From Dehalococcoidia bacterium (GTDB lineage Bacteria; Chloroflexota; Dehalococcoidia; Lucifugimonadales; Australimonadaceae): a stretch of DNA of 64,000 nucleotides. A program made the translations under genes and the position numbers. The DNA is taken from NCBI GenBank assembly GCA_963579135.1, contig CAUZFB010000002.1, positions 48,341 through 112,340 on the forward strand, in the 5' to 3' direction. Below are positions 45,085 to 55,094 of this stretch, piece by piece. How positions within the stretch are numbered: position 1 is the first letter of the stretch; each line of letters opens with the position of its first letter. The notes beneath the pieces were generated by a model. That model did not search any database. It was not told the origin of the DNA and worked only from the letters and a program-made list of their open reading frames with translations.

Positions 45085-46494
45085 CTAAACCAAGCGTTCG
45101 ATGAACAACGACGCGAATCCGAGGAACAGGAAGAACCCCGCTATGTCCGTGGCCGTGGTGACGACGACGGCCGACGACACGGCAGGGTCTTGGCGGAGTG
45201 CCCTCAGCAAGAGCGGCACACCGGCGCCGACGACGCCAGCGACAAGCATGTTGCCCAGCATCGCCACGCCGAGCACCAGCGCCAAGATCGGCTCGCCGAC
45301 CCACACCAGGCCGACCAATCCCACAAGCACCGCTAGGTAGAGGCCATGCAGGCCGCCCAGCAGCGATTCGCGGATCAGAACCCGCCGCGCGTGGCGCCCC
45401 GTTAGCTCACCCAGAGCGATACCGCGCACCACCAAGGTGAGCGTCTGCGTCCCGCCAATCCCGCCTTGACCCGCGACGACGGGAAGGAATACGGCAAGCA
45501 CCGCCAGGCGCTCGATCGTCGACTCGAAGAGGCTGACCACGCCTGCAGCTGCGAACGTCGTCAGCAGGTTCAGCGTGAGCCAAGGCAACCGAGTCCTCAC
45601 GGACCGGCCAAAGGAACCAAACACCCGTTCACCCTGCATGCCCGCCATGCGGAACATGTCCTCGGTCGCCTCTTCCGCCGCAACGTCCAGCAGCTCGTCT
45701 GCGTGGATCACTCCCAACAGCACTCCCTCTTCGTCCGTGACGGGAAGCTGCGAAAGGTCGTACCTCGCGACCATACGGGCACACGCTTCCTGGTCCTCTG
45801 ACACTTTCACCGACACTGCCGACTCCATGAGATCGCTGACCACCTGATGCAGTCGCGCCAGCGCCAGCCGTCGCAGGCGCACCCAACCCACCAAATGCCG
45901 GCCCACGTCAACGACAAAGATCGTCGCCACGTCACCGTGCTCCTCGTTGATCAGCCGCACCGCGTCCAACGCAACTGCGGCCGTCGTCCCTGCCAGCACG
46001 GCAACGTATTCAGTCGTCATGCGACCACCGGCCACGTCATCCGCATATCCAAGCAACGGCTCGACTCTTGCGGCGCGCATCATCGCCGTAAGCGCTCCTT
46101 GGGCTTCCGCGTCCGGCATCGCGTGCAACACGTCAGCAGCGGTATCCGGGCTCACTAGGTCAAGGACATCCGCTACATCCTCGGCCGTGAGGAGCGCCGT
46201 GATCTCGGCGGCGTCCTCCGGGTACATCTCCTCGACGATTCGGGACGTGGCCTCGCTGCCCAGCGTCTGTATCAACAGCGGGCGCAATTCATCGGCAAGT
46301 TGGCCGACCACTGCCGCCTGGTCCACTGAGCGCAGCCCTTCGAGTACCCGTACCGCAGCATCCGCGTCGTCCGACTCCAACAGTACGGCTATCGCCGCCG
46401 CGATATCGTCGATGGAGGCGCCAGAAGCGGGGTCTAACGAATTCTGCCCAGTGTCCACCCCCTGGGGATCCAAAGGCGTGTTGTCGTTGGTCAT
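45085..46494 (-). CDS. mgtE: Magnesium transporter MgtE
   Basis: Acidic N-domain, tandem CBS region, and TM domain with 'GNMLVAGVVGAGVPLLL...DPAVSSAVVVTTATDIAGF'. The ATG at 46494 has AGGAGG 6 nt upstream. The GTG at 46500 abuts the SD. Confidence 0.88.
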   Translation of the reverse strand: MTNDNTPLDPQGVDTGQNSLDPASGASIDDIAAAIAVLLESDDADAAVRVLEGLRSVDQAAVVGQLADELRPLLIQTLGSEATSRIVEEMYPEDAAEITALLTAEDVADVLDLVSPDTAADVLHAMPDAEAQGALTAMMRAARVEPLLGYADDVAGGRMTTEYVAVLAGTTAAVALDAVRLINEEHGDVATIFVVDVGRHLVGWVRLRRLALARLHQVVSDLMESAVSVKVSEDQEACARMVARYDLSQLPVTDEEGVLLGVIHADELLDVAAEEATEDMFRMAGMQGERVFGSFGRSVRTRLPWLTLNLLTTFAAAGVVSLFESTIERLAVLAVFLPVVAGQGGIGGTQTLTLVVRGIALGELTGRHARRVLIRESLLGGLHGLYLAVLVGLVGLVWVGEPILALVLGVAMLGNMLVAGVVGAGVPLLLRALRQDPAVSSAVVVTTATDIAGFFLFLGFASLFIERLV

Positions 46495-46551
46495 GTCCAC
46501 CCTCCTGATCGGTGCCTAATCACTGCCCTTAGGATAGGCTGCCACGGAGCG

Positions 46552-46557
46552 TAGAAT
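46552..46557 (+). promoter_or_regulatory. Candidate -10 hexamer TAGAAT 6 nt upstream of the phosphoesterase ATG (leaderless-type)
   Basis: gcgTAGAATtcccttATG. Confidence 0.3.
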
Positions 46558-46563
46558 TCCCTT

Positions 46564-47289
46564 ATGCGCACCCTGGTCATCAGCGATATCCACTCCAACC
46601 TCGAAGCTCTCAACGCCGTCTTCGCCGCTGCCGAAGAGGATGAGCCCGTCGAGCGCATCCTCTGCCTTGGCGACATCGTTGGCTATGGCCCTGCGCCCAT
46701 GGCCTGCCTCGAGGCGCTGTGGGAACGCCACGCAGTCTCCATCCAAGGCAATCACGACGCTGCCGTCGCGGGCACAATCGGCGTGGACAACTTCAACCTC
46801 TACGCCGCTGAGGCCGCGCGTTGGACCACCCAACAGCTATCGAGCGACGCCGTCCAGTATCTGGCGGATCTCCCCGGACAATTGGTGGACGAATCCTTTC
46901 TGCTCGTTCACGGCTCGCCCAAGGGGCCTCTCTGGGACTATCTCATGTCCTACGGCCAAGCGGTCGAAGCCTGGGCCTCCACGGATTCTTCGGACGTCCT
47001 CGTGGGTCACAGCCACTACCAGTTCGCTGCCGAGGCCGGACGCGGAGTCGAAAACCCAGGGCCGAACGGCCTCACGGTACCTCTTGGACACGCGCGACTC
47101 GTGGTCAATCCGGGCAGCGTCGGCCAGCCCCGCGACCGCGACCCACGAGCCGCGTATGCGATCTACGACGACGAGGCAAGGATGATCTACCTGCATCGCG
47201 CGTGGTACGACATCAACGCGACCCAGCGGGCGATGGCCGATCAAGGCCTCCCGGAACCGCTTATCAACAGACTCTCCCTTGGTCGATAA
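46564..47289 (+). CDS. Metallophosphoesterase (calcineurin-like, YfcE/MJ0936-type)
   Basis: 'LVISDIHSN', 'CLGDIVGYGP', 'GNHD' and 'LVGHSH'. Confidence 0.8.
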   Translation: MRTLVISDIHSNLEALNAVFAAAEEDEPVERILCLGDIVGYGPAPMACLEALWERHAVSIQGNHDAAVAGTIGVDNFNLYAAEAARWTTQQLSSDAVQYLADLPGQLVDESFLLVHGSPKGPLWDYLMSYGQAVEAWASTDSSDVLVGHSHYQFAAEAGRGVENPGPNGLTVPLGHARLVVNPGSVGQPRDRDPRAAYAIYDDEARMIYLHRAWYDINATQRAMADQGLPEPLINRLSLGR

Positions 47290-47390
47290 GCGGCACTCAT
47301 CACAGACCTAGGGCGACCAAGGCGGCTCCTTATGGTAGAATTCACCGGTTAGTCAAGAATCAGCAGAGCTAGAGGCGAGGCGCGTCCCCG

Positions 47391-47645
47391 ATGCTACGAA
47401 TCCGATTGTTCCGTGTAGGCAAGAAGAAGCAACCCAGTTACCGGATTGTGGTAGCGGATGCCCGGTCGCCCCGTGATGGCGCGATCGTCGAGCAGGTAGG
47501 CATCTACAACCCGCTCACCGACCCGGCCACCGTCGTGATCGACAACGAGAAAATTCAAAAATGGCTAGGCGTTGGCGCCAAGCCGTCTGACACCGTACAG
47601 CGTCTGCTAGATCGGCAGAACGTTCCGGAGAAGGCCGAAGCGTAA
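47391..47645 (+). CDS. rpsP: 30S ribosomal protein S16
   Basis: '[30 protein letters not shown]'. Confidence 0.92.
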   Translation: MLRIRLFRVGKKKQPSYRIVVADARSPRDGAIVEQVGIYNPLTDPATVVIDNEKIQKWLGVGAKPSDTVQRLLDRQNVPEKAEA

Positions 47646-47875
47646 TGAAGGAACTGGTCGAGTACATCGCCAGGACCATTGCGACCAATCTTGATGACGT
47701 CAAGGTAACCGAAGAAGTCGAAGACGGTGGGCACATCATCATCCGGCTTGAGGTTCACCCCGACGACAAAGGGAAGGTGATCGGTCGCCAGGGCCGCGTA
47801 GCCCAGGCCATGCGCGTTCTCCTTCGCGTGACCGCCATCAAAAACGACTCCCGAGTCACCCTAGAGATTGTTTAG
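47645..47875 (+). CDS. KH-domain RNA-binding protein (YlqC/UPF0109)
   Basis: 'VIGRQGRVAQAMRVLLRV', in the conserved position between rpsP and rimM. Confidence 0.85.
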   Translation: MKELVEYIARTIATNLDDVKVTEEVEDGGHIIIRLEVHPDDKGKVIGRQGRVAQAMRVLLRVTAIKNDSRVTLEIV

Positions 47876-47901
47876 CCGGGCCCCCGCCCGCCGCGGCCCC
47901 C

Positions 47902-48546
47902 ATGGCCAACGAATCATCTCCTTCTGACGCCCCTTCCCCAGGCATCCCCGAGCTTCCCCCGGGGCACGTTCGAGTTGGCAGCATTGTCGGTACCCACGGC
48001 AACGACGGCCGTATCCGTGTCGACGCTGAAACGGATAACCCTGAGCGATTCGCCAAAGGAAGCACGTTACTCATCGGCGGCGCGCCCTACACCGTGGCGC
48101 GCGTCACCTACGCCGCTGGCGGAAACATTCTCATCGTCGATCTGAATGAACTCACCACACGCGAGCAGGCCACCGCGTTGGTCAAGCACCTCATACTCGT
48201 CGCAACCGACGACACGCCCGCCCTCCCCGAGGACACCTACTACCACTACCAGCTCATCGACATGACTGTCGTGGACCCTGCGGGAACCGAGCTGGGCAGG
48301 GTCGCCGAAGTCATCGCCACCGGCGCAAACGACGTCTACGTCGTCACCGCCGAGGGATCGGAACTCATGATTCCGGCGCTCGCCGATGTGGTCATCGATG
48401 TCGATGTCGTCAACGCTCGCATGACTGTTGACGTACCCGAAGGGATCGAGCCACGGTCGACCATCCCCAAGCCCAAGAATCGCCCGGCCCGGCGGCGGCC
48501 CGCTCGTTCGAATCGACCGCCGAACACAGCTACACCCTCAGCCTGA
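47902..48546 (+). CDS. rimM: 16S rRNA processing protein RimM
   Basis: 'VGSIVGTHGNDGRIRV', a PRC-barrel C-domain, and a basic C-terminal tail. Confidence 0.85.
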   Translation: MANESSPSDAPSPGIPELPPGHVRVGSIVGTHGNDGRIRVDAETDNPERFAKGSTLLIGGAPYTVARVTYAAGGNILIVDLNELTTREQATALVKHLILVATDDTPALPEDTYYHYQLIDMTVVDPAGTELGRVAEVIATGANDVYVVTAEGSELMIPALADVVIDVDVVNARMTVDVPEGIEPRSTIPKPKNRPARRRPARSNRPPNTATPSA

Positions 48547-48633
48547 GCCATCGTTCTTGCCGACTTCGAGCCCCAAACTTGGTATTATTGAGGAACCAGG
48601 GCAACAGCCCAGACCCTAGACAGGTGGATTGCT

Positions 48634-49392
48634 ATGTCAGGACATTCCAAGTGGTCAACGATCAAACACAAGAAGGCCGCGATCGACGCGAAGCGCGGCG
48701 CCGCCTTCACGAGGCTCGCCAGGGAAGTTACCGTCGCCACTCGTGCGGGCGCCAGCGGCGACCCCGCCATGAACTTCCGCCTGCGACTCATCATGGATAA
48801 GGCGAAGGCCGCCAACATGCCGGCGGAGAACGTCGACAGGGCTATCAAGAAGGGGCTAGGCATCGGCAGCGACGGTGCCGTCTTCGAAGAGATCACCTAC
48901 GAGGGGTACAGCCCCGGTGGCGCAGCCATCATGCTCATGGCGCTCACGGACAACCGCAACCGCACCGCATCCGAGATTCGCGCAGCCTTCTCCCGCGCTG
49001 GCGGCAACATGGGCGAGTCCGGCTCGGTTGGCTGGATCTTCGAATCTATGGCCGTCATCTCCGTTGAGGGTGTCAGCGAGGAACAAGCCGAGGAGATCGA
49101 GCTCGCAGCGATCGACGCAGGTGCCGATGACTTCAAGTCGGAAGAGGGCAACCTGGAGATCTCCGGCCCACCTTCTTCGCTCCAGGCACTCCTGGAGTGC
49201 CTGAAAGAGCAAGGCCTCGAGCCCTCCAACGCAATCGTCACCATGGTGCCCAAAACGTTGATGGAACTCGACCCCACCAAGGCTGGCCAGACGATGCGAC
49301 TCATCGACAAGATCGAGGAGTTGGAGGACATCCAAGAGGTCTACACCAACGCCGACTTCCCCGAAGAGGCCCTCGAAGCCTACGGCGCCTGA
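48634..49392 (+). CDS. yebC: YebC/PmpR-family DNA-binding regulator
   Basis: 'MSGHSKWSTIKHKKAAIDAKRG'. Confidence 0.9.
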   Translation: MSGHSKWSTIKHKKAAIDAKRGAAFTRLAREVTVATRAGASGDPAMNFRLRLIMDKAKAANMPAENVDRAIKKGLGIGSDGAVFEEITYEGYSPGGAAIMLMALTDNRNRTASEIRAAFSRAGGNMGESGSVGWIFESMAVISVEGVSEEQAEEIELAAIDAGADDFKSEEGNLEISGPPSSLQALLECLKEQGLEPSNAIVTMVPKTLMELDPTKAGQTMRLIDKIEELEDIQEVYTNADFPEEALEAYGA

Positions 49393-49771
49393 TTCGCGCC
49401 GTGTGCCCGTGTCCTCGAAGGCGTGCCCGCCCACCCAGGTGCTTGCGCGGTGCCGCCGACCGGCGACACCATCACGAACGAGCCCCGTCCCCGGACCGCC
49501 TGGCGACCTTCGGCCCCAGCCCCAATCAGCCCCATTTTGAGCGCGCCTGAAGGGGACCTCTCTCCTGTTTCCTGAGCGCAGCGCAGCGCAGTCGAAGGAT
49601 CGCTCACCGCCCCTCCCCAAAGCGCCGAGCGATCTTTAGTCCCGGCGCCGAAGCCAAGAGATCCCCGGGCTCGCACCGACCTCATGTGCGCCTGAGCCTC
49701 CAACGAGCCCGGGGCATCCCAGCCGTGAGATTCAACCGCGACCGTCCCCACCGTGCCTAGACTCACCTCGG

Positions 49772-49963
49772 CTACAACCAGGCTTGGGCCGCCGTGTACC
49801 GGTAGCCCGAGTAACGGGTGAGTGCCCCTGCGTGTAACGCGCGCGCGTTCAACGCCCGGTACGGCAGCAACCTCGACGTAAGCATCCACACCACGGTCGG
49901 CACCAGCATCGCGCCTAGCAACGTCGCCATCACCGTGAGCGTAACCATCGCCGCACGTCGCAT
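49772..49963 (-). CDS. Possible 63-aa single-TM protein
   Basis: 'MRRAAMVTLTVMATLLGAMLVPTVVWMLTSRLL...'. GC3 is about 85% in this frame. There is no SD, and an AT-rich stretch lies immediately upstream. The internal Met of a 125-codon ORF is used as the start. Confidence 0.35.
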   Translation of the reverse strand: MRRAAMVTLTVMATLLGAMLVPTVVWMLTSRLLPYRALNARALHAGALTRYSGYRYTAAQAWL

Positions 49964-50191
49964 CGTTATATTGTTATGTTGAAGCGCGTGTCCATGATGG
50001 TCAAAGTACGCCCGCGCCCTTGGCGATGCATGACGCGACCCACGCCCGCTGCCTCCCGCCTGGGCAGAGGCGAACGCTCGCCAATAGCACCGTCCCCAGC
50101 TCGCGGAAAGCGGGCCATTCGACTGTTCCTTCGTTGGCACCTCGCTCACTACAATGATTCCGGTCCAACTATGGCCGACGTTGGAGGACGT

Positions 50192-50722
50192 ATGCGCGTG
50201 CTAGGAGTAGACCCCGGAACGAAATTCCTCGGGTACGGGGTGCTCGAAGTCGACGGCCCCAGCACCCGCTGCCTCGCGTGGGGAACACTAGAGGGCGGTA
50301 AGAGCCGCGAGATCCACCGACGCCTCTTCCTGCTCCACCAATCGCTTCGTGAAGTGGTCGACCGGTGGAGCCCGGACGAGATGGCCATTGAAGAGCCATT
50401 CGTCGCACCGGAACGCGGCGCAAAGTCCGGCGTCGCCGTTGGCCAGGCGCAAGCGATCGCACTGCTACTCGCAGCCGCCACCGGCATGACCGTGCATCGC
50501 TACGCCCCCTCGCAGGTCAAAGCAGCAGTCGCCAATTATGGCGCTGGAAATAAAGCACAGATACAACGTGCGGTCCAACTCGTGCTTGGCCTTGGCCCGA
50601 GTGACGCCATGGGGGAAGACGCCTCCGACGCCCTCGCCATCGGCCTCTGCCACATCCAGTACAGCCGCACCGCAAGCATCACCGGCGTGCCTGCCGGCCT
50701 GCACAGAGGACGCAGCCGATGA
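50192..50722 (+). CDS. ruvC: Holliday junction resolvase RuvC
   Basis: 'MRVLGVDPGTKFLGYGVLE' preceded by a GGAGGA SD. The longer ORF-track start is a spurious extension. Confidence 0.9.
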   Translation: MRVLGVDPGTKFLGYGVLEVDGPSTRCLAWGTLEGGKSREIHRRLFLLHQSLREVVDRWSPDEMAIEEPFVAPERGAKSGVAVGQAQAIALLLAAATGMTVHRYAPSQVKAAVANYGAGNKAQIQRAVQLVLGLGPSDAMGEDASDALAIGLCHIQYSRTASITGVPAGLHRGRSR

Positions 50723-51330
50723 GCATCATCGCGGGCATCGAAGGACTGCTCGAATCTAAGCGCCCCGACTCCGCGCTCGTGCGCGTTGGCGGCGTCACGT
50801 TTCAGGTCTGGGTGCCAGGCCACGACCTCGCCGCCTTGCCTGCAACCGGCTCCGTCGTACGCCTCGTCACACACCTGGTGGTACGCGAGGACGACCTCCA
50901 ACTCTACGGGTTCGTGGACGAGCGTGGACGCACGATGTTCGAATCGCTGCTGGGCATCAGCGGAGTCGGGCCCAAGGCTGCCCTTGCCGTGCTATCCGTC
51001 ATGTCGGCAGAAGAGCTGGTGACCTGCATTCTCTCAGGCGACGCCACCGCCATCACCAAAGCGCAGGGCGTCGGCAAGCGCACGGCGGAGCGCATCATTC
51101 TCGAACTCAAGGGAAAGGTCGAAGACGAGTTGGGCGGCATGCCTCTCCCCGCAACGTCTTGGATTCCCGCGGGCAGTGCGGGCGACCCTGCCCTTGCAGC
51201 GCTCCTCGGACTTGGTTTTTCTGCACTGGAAGCTCGGCAGGCGCTCGGCGTCGAGCAGGAGGAGGGGCTTACCATCGACGATCGCGTGCGGCGCGCACTT
51301 CAGCGCATAGGAACCAACAATGGCAACTGA
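50719..51330 (+). CDS. ruvA: Holliday junction branch migration protein RuvA
   Basis: 'GGVTFQVWVP', 'LYGF' and 'GISGVGPKAALAVLS'. ATGA overlap with ruvC. Confidence 0.9.
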   Translation: MSIIAGIEGLLESKRPDSALVRVGGVTFQVWVPGHDLAALPATGSVVRLVTHLVVREDDLQLYGFVDERGRTMFESLLGISGVGPKAALAVLSVMSAEELVTCILSGDATAITKAQGVGKRTAERIILELKGKVEDELGGMPLPATSWIPAGSAGDPALAALLGLGFSALEARQALGVEQEEGLTIDDRVRRALQRIGTNNGN

Positions 51331-52138
51331 CGAACAACTCACCCCGGACGGAGAAGCACCTTACGACGACTGGGCCGACCTCTATGACAAGGTCTACGCC
51401 TACCTGGACTACGACATCGGGTTCTACCGCTCGCAGGCGGAGGCCAGTGGAGGTCCCGTGCTGGAACTGGGATGCGGCACCGGCCGCGTCGCCCTTGCCC
51501 TGGCTGACGCAGGATTTGACGTCACAGGCGTGGATATCTCACCGCGCATGATCGCGCAGGCCAACGCCAAGGCGGCGGGTCTGGGCCTGACATCGAAAGC
51601 CAGCTTCGTCGTTGGCGATATGGCCGACGCCGATCCAGCCAACGTCCGTGCCGAAGGCACGTTCGGCCTGGTCTGCTTCCCCTTCAGGTCGTTCCAGTCC
51701 ATGCTCGCAGTCGAAGACCAACGAGAAGCGCTGCAGGCCGCAGCCGCCCAGCTCCGCGAAGGCGGCCTGCTCGCACTCGATACCTTCGCGCCCGACATGG
51801 AGCAATTGGGGGACAGGCGCGACGAGGCCATACCGTTCCACATCCGCGACGTCGACCAGCCCGACGGTGGCAACATTGTCGTGTGGGGCCAGAATCTCTG
51901 GGACGGCGTCTCCCAGGTCAACTCGGCGCGGCTCATCGTCGAGGAATTGGACTCCAACGGCCTTTCGGTGGCGCGTCACTTCCGTGACTTCGATCTGCGC
52001 TACACATTCCGCTATGAGATGGAACATCTGCTGGAGCTCTCGGGGTTCACGCTCGAAGCCGTTTACGGCGATTTCGAGGGCGGCGAGGTCACGGACCAAT
52101 CCGACGATCTCGTCTGGATCGCCCACAAAACGAACTAG
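51320..52138 (+). CDS. Class I SAM-dependent methyltransferase
   Basis: Motif I '[16 protein letters not shown]', then 'DISPRMI'. Confidence 0.8.
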   Translation: MATDEQLTPDGEAPYDDWADLYDKVYAYLDYDIGFYRSQAEASGGPVLELGCGTGRVALALADAGFDVTGVDISPRMIAQANAKAAGLGLTSKASFVVGDMADADPANVRAEGTFGLVCFPFRSFQSMLAVEDQREALQAAAAQLREGGLLALDTFAPDMEQLGDRRDEAIPFHIRDVDQPDGGNIVVWGQNLWDGVSQVNSARLIVEELDSNGLSVARHFRDFDLRYTFRYEMEHLLELSGFTLEAVYGDFEGGEVTDQSDDLVWIAHKTN

Positions 52139-52145
52139 CAGGTGC

Positions 52146-52151
52146 GACAAT
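52146..52151 (+). promoter_or_regulatory. Candidate -10-like hexamer GACAAT 6 nt upstream of the uvrB ATG
   Basis: gtgcGACAATattcgcATG. It lies 8 nt after the methyltransferase stop. Confidence 0.2.
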
Positions 52152-52157
52152 ATTCGC

Positions 52158-54257
52158 ATGACGCTGGCCAACCGACGCATCGACAACAGTACTCCCTTCA
52201 AGGTCGTCGCCGACTTTGAACCGGGCGGGGACCAGCCGCAGGCGGTGAAACGCTTAGTGGGTGGCGTCGCTGCCGGCCTCAAGCACCAAACCCTGTTGGG
52301 CGTCACGGGCTCCGGCAAGACCTACACGATGGCCAAGGTGGTCGAGCAGGTGCAGCGACCAACACTGGTCATCGCTCCCAACAAAACGCTGGCCGCGCAG
52401 CTCGCGCAGGAATTCAGGGATTTCTTCCCCGACAACGCCGTGGGCTACTTCGTCTCCTACTACGACTACTACCAGCCCGAGGCCTACGTCCCGAGTACAG
52501 ACACGTACATCGAGAAGGAATCCGATGTCAACGACGAGATCGACAAGCTGCGGCACTCCGCAACGCGATCGCTCATGACACGACGCGACGTGCTGATCGT
52601 GGCATCGGTCTCATGCATCTACGGTCTGGGCTCGCCGGAGGAGTACTTCGCCTTCGTGGAGACGATCACAAAAGGCGAACGCAAGAACCGCCAGAAGCTC
52701 TCGCGCCGCCTCATCGAGATGCAGTACCAGCGCAACGATTTCGACCTTGCGCGAGGTCGCTTCCGGATCCGAGGGGACACTTTGGAGATCCTCCCCGCCT
52801 ACGAAGATATCGCCATCCGCGTCGAGTTCTTCGGCGACGACATCGAGCGCATCGTCGAGCTCGACCCGCTGACCGGCGAGCTGGTGGCGGAGCACGAGTC
52901 CATAGACATATACCCCGCCAAGCACTTCGTCACCTCGCGGGAAAAGCTCGACGAGGGCGTGATCGAGATCGAGCAAGAGATGGAGTATCGGGTCGCCGAG
53001 CTCAAAGCAGAGGGCAAATTGCTCGAGGCCCAGCGCATCGAGCACCGCACGCGCTACGACCTGGAGATGCTGCGCGAGACCGGCTACTGCTCAGGCATCG
53101 AGAACTACTCGCAACCCTTGGGGCGACGGCCGCGTGAGAGCACGCCGTGGACGCTGATGCACTACCTGCCGGATGACTTCCTACTAATCCTGGATGAGTC
53201 CCATATGGCCATCCCCCAGCTCCACGGCATGTTCCACGGGGAGATGGCCCGGAAAGATTCGCTGATCAATTTCGGGTTCCGGCTGCCATCGGCGAGGGAC
53301 AATCGTCCGCTGAACTTCGAGGAATTCGAAGGCATGGTCGACCAGGCAGTCTACGTCTCAGCGACACCCGGACCCTACGAGTACAAACACAGTGACCAGG
53401 TGGTCGAGCAGGTCATCCGGCCCACCGGACTCCTCGACCCAACCATCGAAATCAAGCCCACCACTGGCCAGATAGACAATCTGCTGGAGCAGATTCGCGA
53501 GCGCGTCGCCAAGAGCGAGCGAGCGCTCGTCACCACGCTCACCAAGCGCATGGCCGAAGAGCTCACCGACTACATGCGCGAGATGAATGTGAAGGTCCAT
53601 TACCTTCACTCGGAGGTCGATACGCTCCAGCGCACGGAGATCCTGCGGGACCTGCGCCTCGGCATTTACGACGTGGTCGTTGGCATCAACCTCCTGCGTG
53701 AGGGGCTCGACCTACCTGAGGTCAGCCTTGTCGCCATCCTTGACGCGGACAAAGAGGGCTATCTGCGGTCCGTATCGTCGCTGGTGCAGACCATGGGTCG
53801 CGCCGCACGTCACGTGGACGGCCACGTAATCATGTACGCGGACAAAATGACCGACTCCATGAAACAAGCCATCGACGAGACCTCGCGTCGCCGCGAGATC
53901 CAGAACGCCTACAACAAACAGCACGGCATTGCCCCACAGAGCATCATCAAGGCCGTGCGCGACATCACCCAGTCCATCCGCCAGGCCGCAGAGCCTCGCG
54001 CCGCCTACACCGTCCGCAAGGACATGCCCAAGGATGAGCTCGCACGGGTCGTCAAGGGCCTGGAGCTGGAGATGAAGGCGGCGGCCAAAGAGCTGGAGTT
54101 CGAGAAGGCCGCCCTTCTACGCGACGAGATGACCGACCTCAAGAAGCTCCTGATCGCCCAAGAGGTCGTCGATCGCGGCAACGCAGGCTCCGTCGAGACC
54201 GAGTTCCGCGACCCCGCCGTCCGCTCGACGGGACGCCGCTCCCGCCGCAGGCGTTAA
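52158..54257 (+). CDS. uvrB: Excinuclease ABC subunit B
   Basis: '[17 protein letters not shown]', 'GVTGSGKT', 'ESHMAIPQ' and the C-terminal UVR '[11 protein letters not shown]'. Start at the ATG giving 699 aa. The upstream ORF extension overlaps the methyltransferase. Confidence 0.93.
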   Translation: MTLANRRIDNSTPFKVVADFEPGGDQPQAVKRLVGGVAAGLKHQTLLGVTGSGKTYTMAKVVEQVQRPTLVIAPNKTLAAQLAQEFRDFFPDNAVGYFVSYYDYYQPEAYVPSTDTYIEKESDVNDEIDKLRHSATRSLMTRRDVLIVASVSCIYGLGSPEEYFAFVETITKGERKNRQKLSRRLIEMQYQRNDFDLARGRFRIRGDTLEILPAYEDIAIRVEFFGDDIERIVELDPLTGELVAEHESIDIYPAKHFVTSREKLDEGVIEIEQEMEYRVAELKAEGKLLEAQRIEHRTRYDLEMLRETGYCSGIENYSQPLGRRPRESTPWTLMHYLPDDFLLILDESHMAIPQLHGMFHGEMARKDSLINFGFRLPSARDNRPLNFEEFEGMVDQAVYVSATPGPYEYKHSDQVVEQVIRPTGLLDPTIEIKPTTGQIDNLLEQIRERVAKSERALVTTLTKRMAEELTDYMREMNVKVHYLHSEVDTLQRTEILRDLRLGIYDVVVGINLLREGLDLPEVSLVAILDADKEGYLRSVSSLVQTMGRAARHVDGHVIMYADKMTDSMKQAIDETSRRREIQNAYNKQHGIAPQSIIKAVRDITQSIRQAAEPRAAYTVRKDMPKDELARVVKGLELEMKAAAKELEFEKAALLRDEMTDLKKLLIAQEVVDRGNAGSVETEFRDPAVRSTGRRSRRRR

Positions 54258-54279
54258 CCGCCCACAACCCAACGGCCGC

Positions 54280-54981
54280 CTAGACGGTGGCCGTAACCTC
54301 GATCTCCACGCGCTTGCCAGGGGCGGAGTAGGCCTCCACGAACGCGTACTCAAACTCGGCGTTCGGTGCCGCGACCGCACCGCCGAACAGCTTCGCCATC
54401 TCATCCTGTGACTCGTTGCGTTGCAAGTAGAACGACACCTTCACCGCTTGGCTCCACGAGCTGCCCGCTGCCGCAAGCGACTCACCGATGCCTGCCAGGA
54501 TCTCCGGCGCCTGCTCCGCCAGTGTTGGTAGCTCCGACGTCACGCCCGACAGGTACACCAGCGGTCCATACATCGCATAGCGGAGCGGCACCATGGGCGG
54601 GTCGTACTCCTTCAGTATCTTCGTCAGCCCAGAAGCCGGCTTCATAGCCACCAAGTCCACGGCGATACTCGCGCTGGACTCAAAGTGACCAGGATCGATG
54701 TAGGACGAGCTTGCCGACCGAGCATCGTTCGCGAGCATTTCCAGGCGGGCCCGGCTGCCGCGATTACGAGCCTCGGCATCGCGGGCCCACAGGCGCGTGC
54801 GGACGGTTCCTATCAGCGACACGCCTTCTTTCCTCAGTTCGAGGTCCATCCGCTCGAAGATGTCGCGCGTCTGGTCGTGCGCAGACCCTCCCGAGCGGCC
54901 TTCATCCGATAGTGCTACGAACTCCTGACCATGCCACTCAAAAACAGATTTCTGCACCGGGATCTCCTTGGGGGCCCTCAT
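54280..54981 (-). CDS. Tandem RidA/YjgF-like domain protein
   Basis: Two RidA-like halves ('DQTRDIFERMDLELRKEGVSL..VRTRLW' and 'VYLSGVTS...ILAGIGESLAAAGSSWSQAVKVSFYL'). Confidence 0.55.
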   Translation of the reverse strand: MRAPKEIPVQKSVFEWHGQEFVALSDEGRSGGSAHDQTRDIFERMDLELRKEGVSLIGTVRTRLWARDAEARNRGSRARLEMLANDARSASSSYIDPGHFESSASIAVDLVAMKPASGLTKILKEYDPPMVPLRYAMYGPLVYLSGVTSELPTLAEQAPEILAGIGESLAAAGSSWSQAVKVSFYLQRNESQDEMAKLFGGAVAAPNAEFEYAFVEAYSAPGKRVEIEVTATV

Positions 54982-55094
54982 TCACGGCCCTACTCAGCAA
55001 ACTGGTTGGCTAGACCATCCCACACCTGAGCAGGAATTGCCACAATTACCCGAGGGTGCCGCTCGCGTCGCTCGCCAACTATCCTTATCTCGCT

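Noticed and set aside
46495-46563. Looked for an M-box (Mg) riboswitch upstream of mgtE and a TPP riboswitch upstream of thiL (40185-40290).
   Set aside because: The mgtE leader is under 70 nt and is shared with a divergent promoter. thiL appears leaderless. No conserved riboswitch cores were seen.
49385-49695. The 8-mer GCGCCTGA occurs three times (49385, 49543, 49688) at spacings of about 150 nt.
   Set aside because: The flanks share no further similarity. This was a post-hoc pick in GC-rich sequence, so it is treated as coincidence unless a genome-wide count shows enrichment.
49976-50191. N-terminal extension of the ruvC ORF. Similar extensions were noticed for mrpC (9409-9618), apbC (56335-56535), RidA (13995-14063), the lipoprotein (55056-55094) and Rieske paralog 2 (43190-43213).
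   Set aside because: The internal starts have proper SD spacing or ATGA coupling and give canonical N-termini. The extensions overlap upstream genes or lack coding character.
51612-52157. N-terminal 182-codon extension of the uvrB ORF in the ORF track.
   Set aside because: It overlaps the methyltransferase gene out of frame and has Ser/Arg/Thr-rich junk composition. Canonical UvrB begins at the ATG at 52158 ('[16 protein letters not shown]').
49964-52157. Looked for LexA/Cheo-type SOS boxes (GAAC-N4-GTTC) upstream of ruvC and uvrB.
   Set aside because: Only isolated GAAC half-sites are present (for example cgaacgctcgcc and cgaactagcagg), with no palindromic partner.
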